A program made the position numbers and the translations under genes. 64,000 nt of DNA from Cetorhinus maximus (lineage: Eukaryota), in assembly GCF_964194155.1 (NCBI RefSeq), contig NC_135901.1, positions 24,614,001-24,678,000 on the forward strand, read 5' to 3'. The notes beneath the pieces are model-generated. The model was not told the origin of the DNA. It did no database searches and saw only the letters and a list, made by a program, of their open reading frames with translations. This document shows positions 10,732 to 21,205 of this stretch, piece by piece (within the stretch, counting starts at the first letter, position 1; each line of letters begins with the position of its first letter).

Positions 10732-11823
10732 TTAGGGAGAAGGTTAATACTGTCATCATCCAGAGCAGCACAGACTATAAAGGAATGACTGATCTCAAAG
10801 ACAATCTCTTGTAGTTTGTGTGGAGCAGATGTGCTGAATCAGTTTTAAAGAAGTTAAATTATCTATGTTTTCCAGATTGGACAATCACGTTAAAATGTGG
10901 AACTCAGATGGGATATCAATTGGTGTGTTGTGGGAAGATCTGGATCCAAGTGATGAGGTTTCAGAACTGATTCTTGTTATAACAGCAATTCCATGGCTAT
11001 CTGATGGAAGTATTTAAAGTGGAGAACATAGATGTGTTGGAGGATGATGTACACAACAAATTTGTGAACAATCTGAGGAAAATAGCGAGGGGAAAGAAAG
11101 GGATCTTCAAAACAGCAGAGACTTCATGTTGTTCCAGAAGAAGTGGGGCCTGGATGTGTATATGTCAGATTTTACACAGTACACGGTCAGCCTGTGGTTT
11201 CACTCTGGATGAAGAATCTTTGAATGGTACCATTCAAATCACTCAATGAGATTCTCAGAGAACCAACATCGTCTGCTCAGACAGAGGAAGGTTTGTGTTA
11301 CAGCTAATGAGAAGCAGCACACACACTTACAGACACCTATGAACACACAACCACATTCTCATACACAGAGAACCACATTCACACACTCACACAGGAATAC
11401 TTCCTGTCCCATCAGGTGGACAAGAGCAGACTGCCTCATACTGCGGATAAAGTATCAGTGTCTGTAAGGACCACAACGTTAGAGGAACTCAAGTAAACAT
11501 TATTCTCCAGTGACTATGAGTGGTTTTGTTCATGCAATTCCACTGTTTTCTCTGAACCTTAAATCAACATTAAATAACATTTGGGACATAGGAAACAACA
11601 GATAATAACATTGAACATTCTATTGTCATGCTGGGTGATCATCCCCAGTGGGAGATAGTGTAAAATACAAAACAACATCCTGAGATTGTCATAGCATCTG
11701 CTTTCCTCCTGGTTTGCTTGATGGAGAGAATGCTAAAACAGATTACAATGACAAAGAATATAATTGAAATGCAAATAGTCATTCGGCAGTACAGAACTTG
11801 AGTATTGCTGAAGAAAGACCAAG

Positions 11824-11857
11824 TGTCGAAGCTTTTCATCTTGTATTCATCAGGACA
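11824..11857 (-). ncRNA. Minimal type I hammerhead ribozyme
   Basis: Minus strand TGTC-CTGATGA-ATACAAGAT-GAAA-AGCTTC-GACA: stem I TGTC/GACA, intact CUGAUGA and GAAA, palindromic stem III AAGCTT, UUC cleavage triplet. Confidence 0.8.
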
Positions 11858-11904
11858 ATTCGCAAAAGTGCCAAATGTAAAAGGAACAACAATTTATACT
11901 TCAT

Positions 11905-12625
11905 AGAGTCTTAGTGTTTTACAGCACAGAAAGAGGCACTTCGGCCCATCATGTCCATGCCAGCCATCAAGTCCCTATCTACTCTAATCCCATTTTCCAG
12001 CACTTGGCCCATAGTCTTGTATGCTATGGCGTTTCAAGTGGTCATCTAAATACTTCTTAATTGTTGCGAAGGTTCCCGCCTCTACCACCCCCTCAGGCAG
12101 AGTTTCAGATACTCCACACCCTCTGGGTGAAAAAAAAATCCTCAAATCCCCTCTAAACCTCCTGCCCCTTACCTTAAATCTATGCCCACTGGTTATTGGC
12201 CCCTCCGCTAAGGGGAAAGGTTTCTTCCTATCTATCCACCTCATAATTTTGTACACCTCAATCAGGCTTCTCTGCTCTAAGGAAAACAACCTCAGCCTAT
12301 CCAATCTCTCGTCATAGCTGAAATGCTCCAGCCCAGGCAACATCTTGGTGAATCTCCTCTGCACCCTCTCTAGTGCAATCACATCCTTCCAATTGTGTGG
12401 CGACCAGAGCTCCACTCCAGCTGTGGCCTAACTAACATTTTATACAGCTCCAACATAACCTCCCTGCTCTTGTATTCAATACCTTGACTAATAAAGGCAA
12501 GTATCCCCCATGCCTTCTTAACCACCTTATAGACCTGTCCTGCTGCCTTCAAGGATCTATGGACATGGACACCAAGGTCCCTCTCATCCTCTGTAATTCT
12601 TAGGGTCCTACTATTCAACTCCATT
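11905..12625 (-). mobile_element. CR1 LINE 3' fragment
   Basis: ERDLGVHVHRSLK...LERVQRRFTKMLPGL followed by the tail. Confidence 0.9.
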
Positions 12626-12629
12626 CCTC

Positions 12630-13110
12630 AATACCCTGTCTGACTCAGTCTCAGTGCTACCACGATCCACAGTGAAAGTGAAAAAGCCATTCAACAGCTG
12701 AGAAATGACACAGCCTGTGGAGCAGATGGAATTTCTGCTGAAATTCTGAAACACGGCGGTGTTACGCTCCTGGCCTAGCTCCACAACCTCATATTCCTGC
12801 TCTGGGAAGAAAGATGCATGTCAGGGGATCTCTGGGACACTCTGGTTGTGAATATATTCAAGAAGGGAGACAAGTCCGAATACAGTAATTACAGAGGAGA
12901 CTCTCTGCTGCCTGCCACTGGGAAGATCATTGCAAGGAATCTCCTCAATCACCTTCTCTTAGTGGCCAAAGAGTTCCTTCCAGAGTAACAGTGCGGTTCT
13001 CCCCCATTGAGAAGCACCACAGACATAATCTTCACTGTGCGGCAAACCCCCCAAAAATTCAAGGAACAGCATCAACCACTGTACTTGGCCTTTTTGTCCT
13101 CACAGAAGAC
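12630..13110 (+). mobile_element. RTE LINE RT fragment
   Basis: KAIQQLRN..ACGADGISAEILKHGG...KKGDKSEYSNYRG..LLPATGKIIAR. Confidence 0.8.
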
Positions 13111-13114
13111 ATTT

Positions 13115-15850
13115 TCTTTATTCATTCACGGGATATGGGCTTCACTGGCTGGGTCAGCATTTATTGCCCATCCCTAATTGCCCTTGAGAAGGGGGTGGTG
13201 AGCTGCCTTCTTGAACCGCTGCAGTTTATGTGGTGTAGGTACACCCACAATGCTGTTAGGAAGGGAGTTCCAGGATTTTGACCCAGTGACAGTGAAGGAA
13301 CGGCCTATATATTTCCAAGTCAGGATAGTGAGTGGATTGGAGGAAAACTTCCAGATGGCGGTGTTCCCATCTATGTTACCCTTGTCCTTCTAGATGGTAA
13401 TGGTAATGGGTTTGAAAGGTGCTGTCAAATGACCCTTGCTGAATTCCTGCTGTGCATCTTGTAGATGGTACACACTGCTGCTACTGTGCATTGGTGGTGG
13501 AGGGAGTGAATGTTCGTGGATGTGGTGCCAAACAAGGGGGCTGCTTTGTCCTCAGCGGCGTCAAGCTTCTTGGGTGTTCTGGGAGCTGCACTCATCCAGT
13601 CAAGTGGGGAGTATTCCATAGCACTCCTGACTTGTGCCTTGTAGACAGTGGACAGGCTTTGGGGAGTCAGGAGGTGAGTTACTCGTCACTGGATTCCTAG
13701 CCTCTAACATTCTCTCACAGCCACATTATTTATATGGCTAGTCCAGTTCAATTTCCGGTCAATGGAAACCTCCAGGATGTTTATAATGGGAGATTCAGCG
13801 ATGGTAATACCATTGAACATCCAGGGGTGATGGTTATATTCACTCTTGTTGGAGATGGTCATTGCTTGATACTTGTGTGGTGCAAATGTTACTTACCACT
13901 TGTTACTTACCACCTTAGCCTGGGTATTGTCCAGGTCTTGCTGCATTTGGAAATGGTCTGCTTCTATATCTGAGGAGTCATGAATGGTGCTGAACATTAT
14001 GCAATCATCAGTGAAAATTCCCACTTCTGACCTTATGATGGAAGGTCATTGATGAAGCAGCTAAGATGGTTGGGCCAAGGTCACTACTCTGAGGAACTCA
14101 TGCAGTCATGTCCTGGAGTTGTGATGACTGACCTCCAACAACCACAACCATCTTCCTTTGTGCTAGGCATGACTCCACCCAGTGGAGAGTTTTCCCCCTG
14201 ATTCCCATTGACTCCAATTTTTCTAGGGCTCCTTGATGCCACATTCATGCAAATGCGGCCTTGATACCAAGGGCAGTCATTCTCACCTCACCTTGGGGAT
14301 TCAGCTGTTTTGTCCATGTTTGAACCAAGGCTGTAATGAAGTCAGGAGCTGAGTGGCCCTGGCAGAACCCAAACTGGGCATCAGTGAGCTGGTTATTGCT
14401 AAGCAAGTGCCACCTGATAGCATTGTTGATGACCCCTTCCACTACTTTACTGACGATCAAGGGTAGACTGATGGGGCGTTTTTTTGTACAGGACATGTGG
14501 GCAATTTTCCACATAGCCGGGTAGATGCCAGTGTTGTAGCTGTACTGGAGCAGCTTGGCTATGGGTGCGGCAAGATCTGGAGCACAAGTCTTCAGTACTA
14601 TTGCCGGAATATTATCAGGGCCCACAGCCTTTGCATTATCCAGTGCCTTCAGCCATTCCGTGATATCACATGGAGTGAATCAAATTGGCTGAAGACTGGC
14701 ATCTGTGATGCTGGGGACCTCTGAAGGAGGCCAAGGTGGATCATCCACTCAGCTGGATTCACGGATTATAAATAACTTACACTGTTATGTGGAGTTCACT
14801 TCTCCCAAAGAATTCAATATTTTATCAGATGATTAATAATTCCCTGTCCTCCTCGTGGTGCAATACACTCACTTCTGGCTGAAGAGTGTAGAAAATTTTT
14901 CAGCCTTACCTTTTGCACTGATGTGCTGGGTTCCCCCATCATTGAGGGTGGGGATATTTGAGGAGCCTCCTCCTCCAGTGAGTTGTTTAATTGTCCACCA
15001 CCATTCATGACTGGATGTGGCAGGACTGCCGAGCTTAGATCTGATCTGTTGGTTGTGGGATCGCTTAGCCCTGTCATCACTTGCTGCTTATGCTGTTGGC
15101 ACACAAGTAATCCAGTGTTACAGCTTCACTAGGTTGACACCTCATTTTTAGGTATGCCTGGTGCTGCTCCTGGCACGCCCTCCTGCATTCTTCATTGAAC
15201 CAGCTTTGATCCCCTGGCTTGATAGTAATGGTGGAGTGGGGGATATGCCGGGCCATGAGGTCACATTGTAAAAACAAAAATACCTGGAAAAACTCAGCAG
15301 GTCTGGCAGCATCTGTGGAGAGGAACACAGTTAACATTTCGAGTCTGCACGACTCTTCAACAGAGTTTGTTGAAGAGTCGTGCAGACTCGAAATGTTAAC
15401 TGTGCTCCTCTCCACAGATGCTGCCAGACCTGCTGAGTTTTTCCAGGTATTTTTGTTTTTGTTTTGGATTTCCAGCATCCGCAGTTTTTGCTTTTATCTT
15501 AGGTCACAGATTGTGTTCGAGTACATTTCAGCTGCTGCTGATGGCCCACAGCGCCTCATGGATATCCAGTTTTGAGTTGCTATATCTGTTTGAAATCTAT
15601 CCCATTTAGCGCAGTGATAATGCCACACAACATGACCAAGGGTATCCTCAATGTGAAGGCCGGACTTTGCCTCCACAACGACTGTGCAGTGGTCACTCCA
15701 ACTGATACTGTGATGGACAGATGCATCTGCAGCAGACAGGTTGATGAGGGTGAGGTCAAGTATGTTTTGCCCTCTTGTTGGTTCTCTCAGCACCTGCCAC
15801 AGACCCAGCCTAGCAGTTTAGTCCTTTAGGATTCAGCCAGCTCGGTCACT
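13115..15850 (-). mobile_element. CR1-group LINE (second family; EN-RT ORF2, decayed)
   Basis: GPDNIPAIVLKTCAP...DAQFGFCQGHS and EPTRGQNILDL..ISWSDH. Same family as 26595-28885. Confidence 0.85.
15266..15500. mobile_element. Inverted pair of Penelope pLTR tails forming a 93-bp-arm palindrome
   Basis: Arms 15270-15362 and 15368-15460 (1 mismatch), loop GAGTT. TSD AGGTCACA at 15258-15265 and 15501-15508. Confidence 0.85.
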
Positions 15851-15854
15851 AATG

Positions 15855-16198
15855 GTGCCACCTATTGAGGCCATGAAAGTAATAATTCAATGAAATTTTG
15901 CGCTGCCCATCCAACCTCACCAAGCGACCTTTGGAGTTTTTTAGGAAACCACATCCACGGGTGGGGTGAGGTTTCCAACAGCAAATAAAAACTAAATAAA
16001 AACTTTAAAATTTCATTAATAACATGTCTCTACTCCTGACAGAGTCACATGAGGGGACATGTTCTTAACATTTGCATAAGTTTTAAATTGTTAATTTTAA
16101 AAATCTTCCTCAAATCCCGATCACGGGCGGCGGGCGGCTTCCCGACTGCTCCTGGACCCGCCCACCGAGCCTGCCCGACCACTGGAAAGTCCTGGCCC
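15855..16198 (-). mobile_element. Probable non-autonomous DNA transposon (Harbinger-type) end
   Basis: GC-rich end reading GGGCCAGGACTTTCC on the minus strand, abutting the L2 fragment. The other end was not found. Confidence 0.4.
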
Positions 16199-16740
16199 AT
16201 GTTTGAATCGCTCCAATCAGGTTTCCACCCCTGCCTCAGGACTGAACCAGCTCTTATCAAAGTCACAATGACATCCTATGTGACTGTGACAAGGATAAAC
16301 TCTCCCTTCTCCTCCTCGACCTGTCTGCAGCTTTTGACAATGTTGACCACATCATTCTACTCCTTCACCTCTCCCCTGTCGTCCAGCTGGGTGGGGCTGC
16401 TCTCTCCTGGTTCCATCCTTCTCTATCTAATTATAGTCAGAGAATCACTTGTAATGTCTTTCCTTCCCAATCCCACAGTTACCTCTGGTGTCCCCAAAGG
16501 ATCCAGCCTTGGTCTTCTCTTATTTCTCATCAACCTGCTCCACAGAATAACATCGTCTGAAAACACTGTCACTTATCACAATTACACTGACAGCTCCCAG
16601 CTCTGCCTCACCACCACCTCTCTCGACTTCCCCACTTTTGGTCAATTATCAGACTGTTTGTCTGACATCCAGTGGTGGATGTGCAAAAATTTCCCCCAAT
16701 TAAATATTGGGAAGAGTGAAGTTGTTTTCATTGTTTGAAT
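16199..16740 (+). mobile_element. L2 LINE RT fragment
   Basis: FESLQSGFHPCLRTEPALIKVT, LDLSAAFD-like motif, GVPKGSSLG, CLSDIQWWM..NFPQLNIGKSE. Confidence 0.85.
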
Positions 16741-16939
16741 GACTGGTAGAAGCAGATTCAATAGTAACTTTCAAAAGTGATTTGGACTTTCATTTAATAA
16801 AGAATGATTTGGTGGGCAATCGGAAAAGAGCAGGGGAGTGGGTAACATTTTCAGGGACAGTACAGGCACAATGGGCTGAATGGTCACCATCCGTGCTCTA
16901 TGATTCTATCAAATGATGTTTACTATGAATCATTGTATC

Positions 16940-17660
16940 ATAAATCATAGAATCTCTTAATAGTACAGCAGAGAAGGAGGCCATTTGGCCTATTGAATCT
17001 GTGCTGGTAACTTTCAAAGAACTATCCAGTTAGTCCCACTACCCCATTATCCCATCCCTGCATCATTTCGCCTTCAAGTATTTCTCCAATTCCCTTTTGA
17101 AGATCACTCTTGATCCATCGCCCCATCAGACAGTGCATTCCAAATCCTAACCACTTGTTACTGAAAAGATTTCCTCCTGATGCCTCTGGTTCTTTTGCCA
17201 ATCACCTTAAATCAGTGTCCTCTGGCTATTGATCCATTGGTCATAGGAAATATTTTCTCCTTATTCACTAAACCCTTCATGATTTCTCCTCTTCGCTTTC
17301 TCTGTTCCAAGGAGAACAGCCCCAGGTTCCCTCATTGATCTGTGAACCTGTGATCCACCAACGCTGGAATCATTGGTGTCAATCTCCTCTGTGCCTTCTC
17401 CAAAGCTTTCATGTCCTCTCTAAAATGTGATGCTCAGAATTGGACACAATCCTCCAGCCAGGGCAGAACTAATGTTTTTTATAGTGAGACTTCCTGACCT
17501 TTGTACTCTCTGTCTCTACTTATAAAGCCCAGCATCCCGTCTGTTTCAGTGACTGTTTGTTAACCTGTCCTCACACCTTCAAAGATTTGTGCACAAACAA
17601 ACCTAAGTCTGTCCTTCTCTGCATCGTCTTCAAAATTGTACCATTTGGTCTGTGTTGTTT
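16940..17660 (-). mobile_element. Old CR1 3' fragment
   Basis: Tail ATCATAGAATC...GGCCATTTGGCC and reverse-strand QFWASHFR-like region. Confidence 0.65.
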
Positions 17661-17664
17661 CTCC

Positions 17665-18110
17665 TCAGAACAGTGGGATCAGATGAAGACTCCTGTACCC
17701 AGACCATTAGATTTGAGCATCGTCATCACCAGGACTGGTTCAATGAAAATGATGCTCAAAACATGACCTCCTGGAACAAAAATGAACAACCTTCGTTGCC
17801 CTGCAGAACAACCAGAGGTCGCAAGAAGGCAGAGTTCCAACAGCCCAAAGCTGACAGCCAAAGACAATAAAGTACAAGTGGTGGGAGGAGCAAGCCCGAG
17901 ATATCCAACAATACGCTGACCATCATGACAAGCAAAGCTTTTTGAAGCCACCAGGGCCATGAACAGACCAAGATAAATGGACAAAATCCCCTTCACTCAC
18001 AGGATGGTGTTTCTCTCCTCAGGGATGACAATGTCATCCATCATCACAGGAAAGAACATTTTCAACTACTCCTCAACCGTGAATCCAGTGGCAGCAGATA
18101 CTGTCCAGGC
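17665..18110 (+). mobile_element. RTE LINE linker fragment
   Basis: HRHHQDWFNEND, an RTE-BovB linker motif. Confidence 0.55.
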
Positions 18111-18415
18111 GATTTCCCCTGTACTTTGGGCAAGGTGGATGGTCAGCAGCTTAGTGGGAATAGGGTCGAGGGACTAGGAGGTGAATAAGATGAGCTCTGA
18201 CAGGGCATAACGGGAGATAGGAGAGAAACTGGAGAAAGATGTATGTTCAGGGCTCAGACAAGGGGGAACTTTAGAGACAGTTTGGCCTTGTGGGCTCATG
18301 GAAGGGATGGAAGCAGCTGATCAAATTGTCTCAATCTTAGTGACAAAGAAGCTCCATGAGTTCTTTGCACTTGTTGTTGGAGGTGAGGATGGAGACAGGG
18401 GTGATGGAGAGCACT

Positions 18416-18825
18416 TTTTTTATTCTCTCACAGGATGTGGGCGTCACTGGCTAGGCCAGCATCTATTGCCCTTCCCTAGCTGCCCTTGAGAAGGTGGTGG
18501 TGAGCTGCCTTCTTGAGCCGCTGCAGTCTATGTGGTGTAGGTATACCTACAGTGCTGTTAGGGAGGGAGTTCCAGGAGTTTGACCCAGTGACAGTGAAGG
18601 AACGGGATATATTTCCAGTCAGGTTGGTGATTAGCTTGGAGGGGAACTTGGTGGTGCTCCCATCTATCTGCTCCCTTGTCCTTTGGTAGAGGTTGCTGGA
18701 AGGAGCTGTTGAAGAAGCCTTGGTGAGTTGTTGTAGTGCATCTTGTAGATGGTACACATTGCTGCCACTGTGTGTCGGTGATGGAAGGAGTGAATGTTTA
18801 CAGTGGTGGATTGGGTGCCAATCAA
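18416..18825 (-). mobile_element. CR1-group LINE 3' end
   Basis: SFTVTGSNSWNSLPNSTVG...KKAAHHHLLKG followed by the tail. Confidence 0.8.
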
Positions 18826-18869
18826 GGAATTAACCTGTGTTAGAAATATTAAAATGACTCATCACCCGA

Positions 18870-19050
18870 TGTGTTTATAAAGCTGATTTATTTGACTTTT
18901 ATCCAGATATTAACATCTATAACTCGGCTGGGACTTAATAACATCAACAGAAAAAGACCCCAATGAACATGGCTCCATCCTGGATGTGATTTACAGCAAA
19001 ATCCAACTCCTGCAGCCACCTGTAAACTCGCTGGTGTCTCTGCAGGTGGG
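18870..19050 (-). pseudogene. Orphan 3' end of a ZNF gene (last half-finger plus 3' UTR)
   Basis: Minus strand HLQRHQRVY followed by the family 3' UTR motif GCAGGAGTTGGATTTTGCTG..AATCACATCCAGG and AATAAA. Cut by CR1 at ~19052. Confidence 0.65.
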
Positions 19051-19051
19051 A

Positions 19052-20335
19052 TTTAGATTCTCAGACTCACAGACGTTTACAGCACAGAAGGAGGCCATTC
19101 GGCCCATCATGCCTGCACCAATCAACAAAGATCTGACTACACAAATCCCATTTTCCAGCACTTGGCCCATAGCCCTGGAGGCTATGGCAACCCAAGTGAA
19201 TATCTAAATACTTATTTAACGTTACAAGAATTTCTGACTCAACCACATTTTCAGGCAATGAGTTCCAGATTCCCACCACTCTGAGTGAAAAAATTTCATC
19301 TCAACTCTCCTTGTAGCCTCCTATCTCTTACCTTAAATCTCTGCCCCCTGGTTATTGACCCCTCTACTAATGGAAAAAAGTGCCTTCCTATCCACCCTAT
19401 CTCTGCCCCTCATAATCTTATACACCTCTATTAGGTCTCCTCTCAACGTTCGCTTCTCCAAGGAAAACAACCCCAGCCTATCCAATCTTTCCTCATAGCT
19501 CAGACTCTCCAGCCCAGGCAGCATCCTGGTAAATCTCTTCTGCACCCTCTCCAGTGCAATCACATCCTTCCTGTAATGTGGTGACCAGAACTGCACGCAG
19601 CACTCCAGCTGTGGCCCAACCAGCGTTTTATACAGTACCGGCATAACCTCCCTGATCTTGTATTCTACGCCTTAGATAATAAAGGCAAGTATCCCATATG
19701 CCTTCTTAACCACCTTGTCTACCTGCCCTGCTACCTTCAGGGATCTGTGGATATGCACACCAAGGTCCCTCTGATCTTCAGTACTTCCCATGGTCCTGCC
19801 ATTCATTGTGTAATCCCTTGCCTTGTTAGCCCTCCCCAAGTGCATTACCTCACACTTTTCTAGGTTGAATTCCATTTGCCACTGTTCTGCCCACCTGACC
19901 AGTCCATTGATACCCTCCTGCAGTTACGGCAATCCTCCTCACTATTTATCACCCTGCTCCACTTTTCGTGTCATCCGTGAACTTCTTGATCATACTCCCT
20001 ACATTTAAGTCCAAATCATTTATGTACACCATAAACAGCAAGGGCCCCAGCACCGAGCTCTGCGGAGCCCACTGAAAACAGACTTCCAGTCATAGAAACA
20101 TCCCTCTACCATCACCCTCTGCTTCCTGCCTCTCAGCCAGTTTTGGATCCAATATGCCACTTTGCCTTGGGTCCCATGGGCTCTTACTTTCTTGACCAGT
20201 CTGCCATGAGCAACCTTATCAAAAGCCTTGCTAAAGTCCACGTAGACCACATCAAAGGCATTACCCTCATCAACATTCCTGGTTACCTCCTCAAAAAATT
20301 CAATCGAATTTGTCAAACGTGACCTTCCCAAAACA
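19052..20335 (-). mobile_element. CR1 LINE, 5'-truncated
   Basis: DVVYVDFSKAFDKVAHGRL, FNLEKCEVMHLG, LECCVQFWSP. Confidence 0.92.
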
Positions 20336-20339
20336 AACT

Positions 20340-21205
20340 TTAATAAATCGGTATTTCTGCACAGGATAGAGCTCTATGAGATTAGCTCAACAGCATTGAT
20401 TTTCTCCCTCTGGAAAGGCAATTTCTAAACAGGCAACAACACAAAACATTCCCTGGAAACGGCAAGGTCACTTGGTTCAGGCTGACATGTTAACATTCCT
20501 AAGTTGGTAGGATGGCGTCTTGTGTACCCCCTTATCCATGCAAGTGTTTAGAAAAGGCCAGGAAATGACGCTCAGCTTATCGAAAACTAAAAAACTGACC
20601 TGGAGCACGGCGACGAACAGGGGAGGAGTTAACCACCCTGACATTTTGGGTACCTGTCCTGTTTCCATTGGACAGAGGGGTCTGAATAGATGATTGACAC
20701 AGGGTAAGCCACCAGGAAAAGGGTAAATCAACAAGTGCTCAGGGACAGGGCTGTTGAGGTGGCAGTGCTCATCAGGCAGCCGCCTTCTCCAGATGGAAGA
20801 GGAGTTGGAGGAAGACCAAAGGAAGAGTTCCCTAACACTTCTGTTAGAGAGCAGAATGCTGTTATTACAAACTACTGAGATCAACGCTCTCTGTGTCAAC
20901 CGTCCGTTTGTCCTCTGGGGTCAGTAAACTGCTCTCAACTGTCACAGGTCATATACCTTTTCTGTCTAATTAGCTCGTGCATCGGGTCTAAACTGTTTTT
21001 TATTAATAAGCTATCTTAAAATTAATTACAAATAGTCGACTGCCTTTCTAAGGTATTTGTGGCTCCCAAATCAAAAATATTACACTTTCCTGGATCCCAA
21101 GGTTAGGAGAGACACTCTGGAAGGCACAAGGAGCTGGGACTTGTCCATGAGAGTAATCGAGGGTATGAGAACTGAAATAATCTAGAGTTAGAAAGGAGAA
21201 AAGGT
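20340..21205 (+). mobile_element. LTR-like element plus downstream segment, related to 43013-43991
   Basis: Shares CTGTCACAGGTCA, TTAATAAGCTA and GAGACACTCTGGAAGG...GTTAGAAAGGAGAAAAGG with the 43-44 kb element. Confidence 0.55.
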
